DNA from: Octopus sinensis
Taxonomy: Eukaryota
DNA length: 64,000 nt
Direction: 5' to 3'
Assembly (NCBI RefSeq): GCF_006345805.1
Contig: NC_043001.1
Coordinates: 60,760,001 to 60,824,000 of the forward strand
Shown here: positions 51,478-64,000 of the stretch, piece by piece
How positions within the stretch are numbered: position 1 is the first letter of the stretch
Layout: each line of letters starts with the position of its first letter
The notes under the pieces: generated by a model
The model's input: only the letters and a program-made list of their open reading frames with translations
Databases searched by the model: none
Told to the model about the DNA's origin: nothing
Translations under genes and position numbers: made by a program

Positions 51478-51480
<3 letters not shown>
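51195..51480 (-). mobile_element. SINE-like repeat (third family)
   Basis: GC-richer block gccagctttgtcacactctgtgtcatgc...gagtgctcaagccacttgcacgttaatttcacgagc ending at (TA)n. Family call is by recall. Confidence 0.55.
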
Positions 51481-51528
<48 letters not shown>

Positions 51529-51532
51529 CATG

Positions 51533-51566
<34 letters not shown>

Positions 51567-53646
51567 TGTATGTATGTATGTATGTATGTATGTATGTGTG
51601 TGTGTTTTTGTATGTGTGTGTGTATGTATATATTAACGGATACACACATATATACATCGAGAGAGAGAGAGAGAGAGAGGGAAAGAGAGAAAGGAAGTGA
51701 GAAAGAATGAGAGAGACGAATATATGCAAGCTATACATTGATTTGTTAGATCGCCGGATAAATTGATTTGTAGTAATCATTCCAGCTTTCTGTCGCCTGG
51801 TTTCAACTTTTTCCGATGCCTTTCATCGTTTTGTAGGCGATAGGTTACGTACTGGGGTCGACTTTCGTCTTTCTTATTAACTATATTTGTTGGTCACACT
51901 TTCAGTTTATGGTACAAACAAGCTGCAATAGGACATGCAAAGAAAAGGGTTCGACCAGGTTTGAAACATAACCATGAAGCATTGTAAGCCTATGTTTACC
52001 ATTTATGATATATATATATATTCCATATGTCGCTATGTTTGTTCTTCAAATCTATCTTACAAATCACATTATTACTGATAACGTTATAAGAGGCTTGACT
52101 TCAGATGATTGATGTAAATAGCTATGTTTGCGGATAACTCAGAGAAACGGCGGAGAGTAGTGAGTGAAATGTCAGCGATTGCAGCCGTTTCGTGATAAAT
52201 ACATGGTAGAGCGTTCTCGATAAGATACAAATGCGTACAGAAAAGAATTCATTTCGAACATTTTGTTGGGGAAAAATCATTCCCAACATCTCTATATACT
52301 CTTTTAAATTTCTATTGTGGACGAATTGAGATCTGAAGTCCTAGTGTCGATGAAATAGAGTTTCAGTAATATTAGTGATCAGCAATCTGTAAAATATATA
52401 GAAATATAAATTATTCTGTTTCTCACATGCACTAAAATCACCGATGTTGAAAAAAGCATATATGAACGCATTCATGCATTCATGCAGCCAATCCTACACA
52501 TATAGACGCGCACACACTTCACGTATATGTATGTAACGATGTCCATTTCTATAGGGATATATACATATTCATGTGCAACAATATATTTCAATTTAATGCA
52601 TACAGATGCCTACAGTGAACAGCGAGACAAAATCGTAATTCGATTTACTCATGGTGTATTATAAGATTAGCAACAAACATAAATATACAAGAACGCATAA
52701 TTCATGTCTCTTAAGAACTGTCGTTGTAGGTTAGATTTACAGAATATTATTGGAATATAATTCTCTTTGTGCGTAAATTTCTGATAATATGATGCCAAAG
52801 AAAGAGAGTCAATTGACAACCGAAGTGTTGCAGATGGCCCATGTGTTATTTTAAGACCCGAGATCAATCTTGTAAGTGAGCTTTATCAGATAAGAAATGC
52901 CAGTTGTTTTTACCACCTTTGCATACCATTCATCCAATTGTTCGTCTTAATTGGCTCCAACAAATTTTGATGGATGGTAATGGAGACATTCAATGCCAGC
53001 TATCTTTCGACACAATGCATGTAACGCCTACATATCTGCTGTGTCACTTTGTACTTTACTCAAACACACACACACACATATGTGTATGTGTGTGTTAGTG
53101 TGTGTGTGTGCGTGTGTGTGCGCGTGGGTGGAGGTGCGAGTGCGTGTCTCATCTGTATGCGAGTTTGGGCTTCCATGTCTGTATGCATATATGCATATGT
53201 ATGTATGTTTGTACAAGTGCACACATTTAACGACTTGTACACAGGGAAAATGATAATAGAGTAAGACTTCAACAAATGAATAGTAGTTCTAATAATTACA
53301 TTACAAATGGTATTTTAAACACAATAATGCTTTATATTCTGTTCCTTACTTTTTTATTGTCGTTATAAATTTCAAAGAAGTTTATACTAAACAGAGTATA
53401 CCAGGAAAATATGCGTAGAAATCTTTTCGCGACAAACTAGGTAAAGTATAGAGTAATAAATTAACTGAGTATAAATGTATTTATTTGTCTTCGGGGCTTT
53501 TTTAATACAATAATATATCAATGTATTTAATTTAATTTAATAATTAAACTGATGATTCTTTCAAATAATCCTTACTGAATGATGAAAAGTGCATTTCAAT
53601 TTTTCAGGAATTTGAGTTAGTAGATTATTCTACAACAGAAACTTTA

Positions 53647-53867
53647 GTAATAATAATAATAATAAAATAATATAATAATAATAATAAAATAATAATAATA
53701 ATATATAATAATAATAAAATAATAATAATAATATAATAATAATATAATAATAATAATAATAATACTAAAATAATAATAATAATAACATCAACAACAACAA
53801 CAATAAGAACAATAATAATAATAATGATAATAATAATAATAATAATAATAATAATATAATAAAAATA

Positions 53868-53951
<84 letters not shown>

Positions 53952-54052
53952 TAATAATAATAATAATAATAACAACAATAACAGCAACAACAACAACAAT
54001 AAGAACAATAATAATAATAATAATAATAATAAATAATAATAAATAATAATAA

Positions 54053-54083
<31 letters not shown>

Positions 54084-54086
54084 AAG
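53647..54086. repeat. (AAT)n/(AAC)n/(AAG)n microsatellite at the 5' flank of the R4/Dong element
   Basis: Direct reading. Confidence 0.95.
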
Positions 54087-57000
54087 AGAAGGCGGCTGGA
54101 CGTGTAAGAAGAGAAGGCGGCTGGACGTGACAGAGGATGGATGTATTTTTACGATGCTCTGAACTGGCAACAGCGAACCCAGCAGGTCAACTGTAGAAAA
54201 CTGGAAGATCTACTGTTTTCTGTAAGTAATTTGAATTACCCTCAAAATAAGTAAAAAAAACAAAAAACTTACATATCTACAGCTCATACAAACGTACACC
54301 TAACAAGAAAAATTAGAAACATAAATATCTCCAATTCTGTGTGAACATTTACATTTAGTCGTCTCTCATGACTATAAGAATGTGTAAAATTGCCTTTTAA
54401 ATTACCTTTTATTGTAACAACACAATTAAATGCACGATAAAAAGTTATGGAATTAAGCACCTACTACTATATACATACAACTGAATTCAGAAATTTAAAA
54501 ATATATACATAACATTGAACTCAGAAAGTTATTTAAAAAAAAGAAAAAAAAAAAAAACTTCGACGAAAACATCAGATAATATGTGTGAGTGAATATACAT
54601 ATATATACATATACATATGCATGTGGTGAAGAAGAAAAGAGAACGGGAAAAAAAAAATAAATAAATAAATAAATAAACGTAAACAGGTTTGACCTTTTAC
54701 TGACCATTAACGTCCTTTGTCTCCACCATCTATCGTGGCTATTTATAGACCCAAAGAACATGAATTCTTTAACCACCCATTCTCCAACACAATGGAGTGT
54801 TGATGGTGGCTGTGGCTACACATTGAAGATGATGATGGTGATGGTGATGTTGCTGATGATGGTGATGATTGTGAAGATGATAGTAATAACAATAACAACT
54901 GACAGATCCCGTCTTTTTCCCTTTCTTTTCGTTTCCTTCTCCGTATTTTATTCTCATTATTTCGAACTAATACAGACACAGTAAGCCTTGAAGAAAGGAA
55001 GAGGAGGAAAGGAGGAAAAAAAAAATGTCCGGAGATAAAACTATCAACAAAAAAAATACAGACGAATATAGATCTGCTAGTCTTAAGAAGCGGCGCTATG
55101 AGCAATGCTTACATCTAGTGAACCCTAAACTGACAGATCCATCTCCTAATATAAGAATGGATGCTCGTCATGCTTCAAGATCAACAAATTAAACAATAAA
55201 CCGCATTGGTCATTGCGCGGATTACAAAAGACCACGTACCCGAAAATTGAACCAAATCCTGATTGAAAAATCAGTTACTGGATCAAATCTTCCCAACACA
55301 CAGGAGCTGGACGAACCCCACAACCGGAATATTCCAACAGATGGCCATCCATGCTCATCACCAAATAATCAAAAGAAAAAGAAGGAAAAATGGTCTAGGG
55401 AAGATAATAAAGAAGTTCTTGAGGCCTTCTACCATGCCATATATTTCCCCACAGATAAGTCTAGCACTGTACAAGCATACTTAAACTGGAGACAGAAACA
55501 CTCTGAAGTAAGACCCTACATAGACAGTAACAAGCTTGCCAATGTTAGAAGAAACATTATAAAAAAGAAATTACTGACTGAAGTAGAGATTGATCAGGTT
55601 AGACAAGCAATATCGGATAAAATGAACGAAGCTGCAGCTAGAGAAGATAATACAGAGGAAATGATTATAGACCAGCCCAGGGCGGATAAAAACGAAGAGA
55701 GGATTGAAAGAGTTAGTATAAGTGATAGGCAAAGTGAAATACGCCCTGAACCAATCATAAACACTAAGACAGATGAGCATCAAATAAATAAAGAAAGTCA
55801 CACAAATATTGACCCAACAGAACTACATGAGCTAAAAAATCAAATCATGATTGAATGGCTGAAAATTAAAGAAACCAGCATGGATGAGCGTGATACACTT
55901 CCTAAAATCCGCAACTCTAACCAAAACATGAAAATAATTGGTAAAATCCGGCTTGCACTTAAGGATATAATTTCAGTTAATGATGTTGATATCACAAACC
56001 TCAACCACCTATACTACGCATCCGCGAAAATCTCAACGATCCTATGTGGTGTAAAGATTAGAAAACGGCAACAGTCCCACAAAAAGCCTTCTTGGCAAGA
56101 GCGTCTGCAACAACAAATTAAAGTATTTAGATCTGACATTGAATATTTGAAAAACCTTAAGGCTCACAAGACTACCAAACGTACAAAAACCCAAAAATTA
56201 CTGAAAAAATACAATATGAAAACTATACTTGATATTGATGCCACCATAGAAACCATCAAACAAAAGGTATCTGCCAAAGCTGCCCGCATAGCGAAGTATG
56301 AAAAGCGTGTTAGATTTTTCAAGGACAACAACATGTTCAAAAATAACACCAAGAATTTTTACAGGAAGATAGGAAAAACAGCGTTTACTGCAGGGTCTGT
56401 ACCATCAAAAGAAGAAGTGCAGAGATTTTGGAATAAAATCTGGGCAGAAGAAAAAACACACAACGAAAAGGCCCCCTGGGTTGACAGAATATCTACAGAA
56501 CTGGACCCCTTAGAAGAGCAAAAGTGGGAGGGTGTCAAGGTAGAAGATATAAGATCTGCTCTCAGGAGGTCAAGCAAATGGAAGTCTCCAGGAAAGGATA
56601 AAATTCCTAACTTCTGGCTGAATGCCTTCCCAGAGAGCCATGAACTGCTAACAGAACTGTACAATGATGTTTTGCAACACCCTAGTAGGATGCCTCCTTG
56701 GCTAGTTAATGGGTTAACATTCCTGCTTCCAAAAAGTGAAGAAACAAATGAACCAAAAACTATAGACCCATAACCTGCTTAACAACTATGTACAAAACAC
56801 TAACATCTGTCCTGACGGAATATACCTATAGTTTTTTAACAGACAGCAGCATATTCCCTAATGAACAGAAAGGATGTAAACGTGGATCCTACGGCTGTAA
56901 AGACCAACTACTCATCAATAAGATGATCTTAGAAGATTGTCACAAACGACACAAAAACTTATCAATAGCCTGGATAGACTATAAAAAGGCTTTTGATAGC

Positions 57001-59059
57001 CTACCACATAGCTGGATTAGGAAATGCCTTGAAATGTATAAGATAGCACCAACTCTGCGAAACTTCTTGACTGTAAGTATGAGATCATGGAGAACCACAC
57101 TAACTCTGAACAGTGACAGTGAATCCCTAAATGCTGGTGATGTAAAAATTTCGTGTGGCATTTTCCAGGGTGACTCACTGTCACCACTCCTCTTTTGTTT
57201 ATCCTTAATACCTCTCTCAAAGCTGCTCAATGACGCGCAGTACGGGTATAAAATGTTTGATAAAAATATAAATCATCTCGTTTACATGGATGATTTAAAG
57301 CTTTTTGCAAAAAATGATCAACAACTCAAGGGCTTACTAGCGATAGTCAAACAATTCAGTGACGACATCAGAATGCAATTCGGCCTCGATAAATGTGCAA
57401 AGGCTACCTTTATCAAAGGAAAAATGACAGAAACATCTAACGTTAACCTTGACCAACAGAATGTCGTAAAAGAACTAGACCCAGCGGAGAGCTACAAGTA
57501 CCTAGGGGTAATTGAAGGGAACGGAATAAGGCATTCAGAGATGAAGGAAAGGATCAGGAGAGAATGCTATCGAAGAGTGAGAGCAATACTCAAGACAGAG
57601 CTGAATGCAAGAAACAGGATCGAAGCAATCAATGCATTAGCTATACCAGTCGTGACTTACAGTTTCAATATTGTTAACTGGTCAATTACTGAAATATGTC
57701 AGCTCGACAGAAAAATAAGGAAACTGTTGACAATGCATAGAATGCACCACCCTAAGGCAGATACAGAACGACTCTATCTGCCAAGAAAAGAGGGAGGCCG
57801 TGGTCTTTTGCAACTGGCAATAACAATGAAGATTGCTACAATTGGCCTAGACACCTACCTGAAAAACTCTGAGGACTGGATGTTAAAACTTGTCTCAAAA
57901 CATGAAAACAAGAAAGCATCATACTCAGTCACAAAACAGGCAAAGGAATATCTAAGTGAATTCCGAATACAACCAATTTCGGAATTAGAGATAGACATAC
58001 AAGAAACAAGCACAGAAAAAGCTAGGCGCATGAAAACCCGTGCCAAAACTGCGGCCTTAGATATTCTGAATAATAAATGGCAAGAAAAACCTCTCTATGG
58101 CAAATACCCAAAGAGAGCGAATAATGCAGATATCGACAAAGCCCTGACCCATCAATGGCTAATGGCCTCTGGCTTAAAATCTGAAACAGAAGGGGTTTAT
58201 CATAGCAGCTCAAGATCAATGCCTACCAACAAGAAACTACCAGGCCAACATATTAAAGATCAGAAGCAGTCCAACGTGTCGTGTATGCAAGCAACAAAAT
58301 GAAACCATTGACCATGTGGTCTCCAAGTGCAGTCTTCTAGCGCCTACAGAGTATCTCAACAGGCACGATAGAGCTGCACAATATATTCACTGGGTAATCT
58401 GTAAAAACTGGATTTGCCCCATGAAAAAAACTGGTGGGAACACAAACCACCCCCAGTGCTTGAAAATGACCACATCTCACTCCTCTGGAACTTCACCATT
58501 CAAACTGACAGGAAGATAGATGCAAATAGGCCAGACATCATATTGAAAGACTTCAAACAAAGAACATGCCTCCTCATTGATATGACTGTCCCAATCGATA
58601 TAAACGTATCTGTCAGGACCTACCAAAAACTGAGCAAATATAAAGATCTTGAAATAGAAATCAGCAAAATGTGGAAGCTGAAGACTAAAACAATACCTGT
58701 TGTCATAGGTGCCCTGGGAATGATAGCAAAAGGGGCTGATAGCTACCTAACTCAGATACCAGGAAACCCAAAAGTGGCAGAAGTTCAAAAGATAGTGCTC
58801 ATGGGAACTGCTCATATCCTACGCAAAATACTCTCTATGTAACCTCAAGGTTTAAACAACCATAATTTTCGGTTTAAAAAAAAAAAAAAAAAAAAAACTT
58901 TTTTTTTGTTAGACATTCATTAGTACAACATCCCCACCCCCAAATATATGGCACACTAGGCATAACAACAACATGAACTTCCAACCCTGTTGTCTCTTGA
59001 GGTCTCTGGGTGAGACTTGGAGCCAACTTGTACAAATATAAAGCAAAAGTCAAACATAG
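54086..59059 (+). mobile_element. Apparently full-length R4/Dong-clade non-LTR retrotransposon in (TAA)n
   Basis: Single long RT-CCHC-RLE ORF, ~220 bp 3' UTR running into (AAT)n at 59060, and an (AAT)n tract upstream. The 5' boundary is inferred. Confidence 0.85.
55247..58842 (+). CDS. Reverse transcriptase / zinc knuckle / restriction-like endonuclease polyprotein, with three single-base frameshifts
   Basis: WKSPGKDKIPNFWL, EQKGC, WIDYKKAFDSLPH, GIFQGDSLSPLLF, YMDDLKLF, YKYLG, CRVCKQQNETIDHVVSKC, RHD, RPDIILKD...LIDMTVP...KLSKY. Shifts at ~56757, ~58194 and ~58406; no in-frame stops seen. The true start is uncertain. Confidence 0.9.
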
Positions 59060-59096
<37 letters not shown>

Positions 59097-59104
59097 TAAT
59101 AATA

Positions 59105-59525
59105 ATGATAAAAGGAAAAGGCAAAAATCTTATGGCTTCCAGACAGACATGGTATTAGAGCACAGAAGGCCGGATATAGTAGCCTTTATGGGGGGCAAAC
59201 AGGAATGCCTAATAATTGACGTGGCAGTGTCAGGAGATCAACACATTATCATGAAAGAAACACAAACGGCTGACAAATATGGAGACCTGAGAATTGAGTT
59301 CGCTAAAATGTGGCAGCTACGAGAGTCAAACATAATGGTTATCTCTATTGTCATCAGAGCATTACCACCCAATCTAAAAAAAGAAATCTGAAAACAGAAA
59401 TGCCCTACAGTCTGGCATTACTTGGAACTGCACGCATATTGCGTAAAGAACTGTCAGTACAAACCCCAGGGAAACACTATATCTTCAATCAACAACCTCT
59501 CAATATTGTATACTCTGTGACGTCT
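59105..59525 (+). pseudogene. 3' fragment of a second R4/Dong element (RLE domain)
   Basis: EHRRPDIVAF...ECLIIDVAVSGD...DKYGDLRIEFAKMW and ALLGTARILRKEL; bounded by (AAT)n. Confidence 0.85.
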
Positions 59526-59526
59526 A

Positions 59527-59528
59527 TG

Positions 59529-59573
<45 letters not shown>

Positions 59574-59605
59574 TAATAATAATAAAATAAAAATAATAAT
59601 AATAA

Positions 59606-59645
<40 letters not shown>

Positions 59646-59663
59646 TTAAAATAATAATAATGA

Positions 59664-59758
<95 letters not shown>

Positions 59759-59907
59759 GCCCTGATGCAGTACCAGGCAGTGGCTCTCAATGCCCTGAGG
59801 CAGTACCAGGCAGTGGCTCTCATGGCTTCTGATCTTAACTGATTGGAAGTGTTATCATGTACATTGTTTTGTCTTGGTATAAAAGATGGGCTATAATAAT
59901 AATAATA

Positions 59908-59999
<92 letters not shown>

Positions 60000-60000
60000 A
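59527..60000. repeat. (AAT)n switching to (ATT)n, with a ~135 bp insert (59758-59892)
   Basis: The insert starts with a 34 bp tandem duplication of gccctga(t/g)gcagtaccaggcagtggctctca. Confidence 0.85.
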
Positions 60001-61535
60001 TGTTTGGAGTCATTCACGAATAACCACTTGTTATTCATGGATGATCTCAAACCTTATGGTAAAGATGAAGACCAAGTCAGATCCCTAATTGATATGGTGT
60101 ATACTTTCAGGGCTGCTATCAGAATGGAGTTCGGACTGAAAAAAGTGTGGTGTGTTAGTCTTGAAGAGAGACAAAATCATATGTATGGACGAGCGAGCGA
60201 TAACGTCGGAGGAGGTTATGAATCAAACAGAAGAGACAGGCTATAAGTACTTGGGAATATTGGAAATTGATAAATTGATGGAGAAAGAAATGAGAGAAAA
60301 AATTAAGGTGGTGTAGTTGCGCAAACTGAGGCACATCCGTAAGTCGAAATTAAACGGACGGAATAAGACTGAAGCTATCAACACCTGATCTGTCTCACTA
60401 CTTAGATATGGAGCATAGCTAATCGCATGAAGGAACTAAAGAGCTTAGAAAATACAAGGAATTTGCTGACTAGATATGGGATATTCCACCCAAAAAGTTA
60501 CACAGACAGACTGTATATACCAAGAAAAAGAGGGGGAGGAAGACTTAATGGATGCGAACACAGCATTAGAGCAGAAGAAAACAACATAGCTTTGTATGTA
60601 AAAAAAATTCCACAGAACCACTATTATTGGAAGTAAGAAGGTCAGGCTTGTGTAGGATGGAAGTTCGCAAAGAGAAAGCTATTTACAAGAACGAATGAAA
60701 CTGAAAATAGGTGGTTAAAGAAAGTAATGCACGGACAATTTCATAGGGATGTTCATGATATGACAGACAGAGAAAAAGATGTCTATGGATGACTAAAAGT
60801 GATTTAAAACCGGTAACGGAGGTTCTAATCTGTGCTGCCAAACAACAAGCATTAATAACCATTTACATCAACTACACAATAGACAACACATCAGAAAGTG
60901 ATAAGGGCAGAATTTGGGGACAAAATGGTGAAACCGTACGGCATATTACCAGTCATTGTAAACCACTAGCCCAGAAAAATATTAGAGGCGTCATGACAAC
61001 ATAGCAAGGATTCGTCTCTTGGACACTTTGCAACAAGTATGGACTCGACAGAGCAAAAGATTGGTACGAACATAAACCCGGAACATCATCGAAAATGATA
61101 TTGCCAAGATCCTATGGAATTTTATGATTCAGTGCAACCATGAGGTAGAAAATAGGAAGCCAGACATAGTGATAATTGAGAAAGAAATCGAAAGATGCTG
61201 GATCATAGATATAACATGCCCAAATGAAAACAAGGTGTGCGATAGGAAAGGAAGAAAAGTCGATAGGTATGACAGGTTAGCTTCGGAGGTGAAGCAGTTG
61301 TGGTCGATGAAAATGGAGGTAGTAGTACCAATAATTTTCGGAGCCCTGAGAACAGTGAGTAAAAATCTTGAGAAGTACAATAAGGGTAAAGTACATGCAA
61401 AAAACAGCACTGCTTGGAACCGCTCGAATACTCTTGATGGTGCTCGAAAAATAAGAGATGTTATCTTAGTTCTCTGGTAGTGAACAACCGACACCGTTGT
61501 ACATCTCCAGCGTTAGAAGTTGTGCAAAGACAATA
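60001..61535 (+). pseudogene. 5'-truncated, decayed third R4/Dong element
   Basis: NHLLFMDDLK, YKYLG, FHPKSYTDRLYIPRKRGG, ETVRHITSHC and NRKPDIVIIEK...CWIIDITCP, with many stops; ends in (AAT)n. Confidence 0.9.
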
Positions 61536-62199
61536 AATAATATTAATAATAATATGATACAACAAAACGTGTTCAAGATGTGATAATGAAGTTCAAATAA
61601 GATGTAGCAAACTCTAGATGTCACATACTATACACTTAAATGCTCTTAAGATTTATTGACCAAATTCACGAAGATAACAAAATTGTATGAAAATAATACA
61701 CAACCACCAAGTCAAGATATAACACTTAAAAGTTCCATTTGCATTGATTAGAATACTTATTGCTGATCACGTTACCAACTGGCGATTATCATGTAGCATA
61801 CAGAGCAGAAAATTCTATATATCTTCATGTCATATAACACAAAAAACGAGACACTGAGTGAAGACATATAATACATTGTGTCTGAAATTTGACATACTTT
61901 CTTGTTATTATGTTATTATGTTATTATGTTAATAATCGATCCGTTCTTCGATTAGATATAAATTCTTATTGGGTTGCAGTACAAATCAGTAATGTATATA
62001 AATACAAGTTTATCAGCTCAAATAGGCTTCGAATATATTTGAACCCGTAAGAAAACAATTCACTGTGTTTTAACTTGGAGAAAATTTCTCGCTGTAGATA
62101 AATGGTGTAAATACACCGAAAGCAGTTCCCAGACTGTGAGATGCAAGCATAAGCGCTACAAGTCGTGGTATTATGGCGGGGATTTCATAAGAGGGACAA

Positions 62200-63300
62200 T
62201 CAGCGCATGGCACACCACCTCCAGTTTCTGTGACTGAAGGAAAAATAATCATTCTGAACGGCTTGCATTGATAACTTAGTATAATTTTTTGTGTATTGTA
62301 AATTATGATAAGTTTGTTATCCATAATCAGTGAACTGGTTTTCATTTAAGTTGGAAGTTGTTTCCACCTCTCAAAGCACTAATTCTATTTCATCGTAATT
62401 AAGAGTTTCTTATTTGCAGATGTACTCTATTGCAGTTTCTTGAAATATCTTTTGCTTTGTTATTTTCCCTACTGGAAATTTTTACTTCTCCCACCCTATC
62501 TTTGCAAGTTTGCTTAATCTATCAGAATCCGTTTGATATTCATTCGCATATGTGTGGGACGAACATAAATGGGAACATCTTGAATATTGAATGCGATCTT
62601 TTATAGTTGTTACTGTGGAAAGCTCACCTGATTGTCATTGAGATAATTATTGTTAAGGGTATGATCTTTAGTAAACTAATCTCTCAGTTCAATCACCAAT
62701 ACAGACCCAGTTCCAAGTGGAGTCATGGTTTCTCTTAATTTGGTCCCTCTCTGGATCTTCCCATATAGTCGTATTTCCTTTAGAGTTTAAATCCTTTCAG
62801 AAAATGTTTGCATTGCTATTTTTTCTTCTCAACTTGAATACAAATAAGTTCCTATTTCACAGCATCAATTACTTCTTAATTCTTGGCATGGCAGGAATGT
62901 ACGAACCATTTTTCCCACAGTCATAGATACAAATATTTCCTCTTCCACCTTCTCTAATAAATCTTTCTCTGTGTACAGCACCGGCATTTCAATTTGGATC
63001 AACTGCTTCTGGCATAGTTTTCCTCCTTTTACTTTCATCTAGTACTCATATTTCATTTTTCGTCCAATTCTTCCAATTCACTATTTAAATACGATTACCC
63101 ATCAATTGAACTCAATTGGCTTCCTTGAAGTAAATTTGAACGTTAATATGAGCTGTTATCTTTTGAAATATATTGTTCTTACATTTACCTTCATTTACTT
63201 TCGCATAAGTTCATCACTCGTAATATATCTACAAATTTCCATCCGTTATTATCATGATCTTCGTGTAAGATTATTCTATTAAAATGTGGGCACTCATCTG
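62200..63300 (-). pseudogene. Possible Gypsy LTR-retrotransposon gag/protease/RT relic
   Basis: Minus strand, in order: zinc-knuckle-like ICIYDCGKNG, a TGSVL protease-like remnant, VPIYVRP and CKPFRM (MPFG-like). All degenerate. Confidence 0.4.
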
Positions 63301-64000
63301 TTTCTTCATAACTAAGGCCATATATTTTTATAAAAGGAACGCTCTTCCAATTTCCCTACAAAACGCATTCAGTGTATTATGAATTATTTATTTCCTTGCT
63401 TTTTCAGAATTAACGAATATCTTTATACCTTGCACGAAGAATAGATGTTTTAGGGAAGGTGCATTTCATCGTACTTTTCTAGGGCATGTTCACTTCCCTA
63501 AGAGTCATTGAGCATTAATGGGTTTACACCTAACAAGAAAACTACACTTCTCAGTGATTTTTATACTCATCATGCATTATGTTTACTAGTGTGCCACAGT
63601 AATGTTGTGAAGAAAGAAGATGTTTTAAAACATGCCAAAAACAAAACATGCCAAAGAAACCCCAAAATCGAAGCACAGTGACCCCAATTGTAAAAAGATT
63701 TTAAGTCGTCTCACGTCGTGCATAGATTAGCCTGTCGTCAGTTGTAATTCTTCGTTATTATTTTCTCAATGATCTGTTGGTAACGGTGCTTTTGAGTGTT
63801 CCCTGCAAAACTGTTGTTGAACAGACATATAAATTTTCTACATCAAATTATTACATGCTTTAGGTTGAAAATAGTATAATAATGACTAATATGTGACATG
63901 TGATTTGTCGTTAATTTCTGAAAGAATTTCACCTGTTTGGGATGTTTCATTAACAAAGTTGTTGATCTCTCATACATGTACCAGTATTATTTATGTGTTA

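Noticed and set aside
177-53275. Many ORFs rich in YI, HT, CV, ER or poly-L/I
   Set aside because: They are translations of (TA)n, (CA)n, (GA)n, (ATAC)n and trinucleotide repeats, with no domain content.

Overview
AT-rich, intron- or intergenic-type animal DNA, full of (TA)n, (CA)n, (ATAC)n and (AAT)n microsatellites. The SINE families and repeat landscape look like an octopus/cephalopod genome (inference from recall, not a database search). No host gene could be established, and almost every ORF in the track is a microsatellite artefact or a transposon relic. Recognisable content: a near-intact R4/Dong-clade RLE non-LTR retrotransposon (about 54.1-59.06 kb) in a (TAA)n hotspot with further R4/Dong relics, a full-length decayed mariner, Tc1 and maT-type relics, HERO-like RLE relics, Penelope RT/GIY-YIG relics, a Helentron-type MITE and tRNA-derived SINEs. 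The main signal is non-coding. Reading both strands gives about 20 type I hammerhead ribozyme motifs from roughly 12 different sequence families in the first 40 kb, nearly all with self-complementary (dimer-type) stem III. They sit in short non-coding units, mostly beside or inside (TA)n tracts, as tandem arrays, fold-backs, units with a 5' inverted end, and one circularly permuted monomer whose ribozyme is split across its two ends. This fits a diverse population of Penelope pLTR / retrozyme-like elements, some with non-canonical catalytic cores. All structures were folded by eye and coordinates may be off by a few bases.
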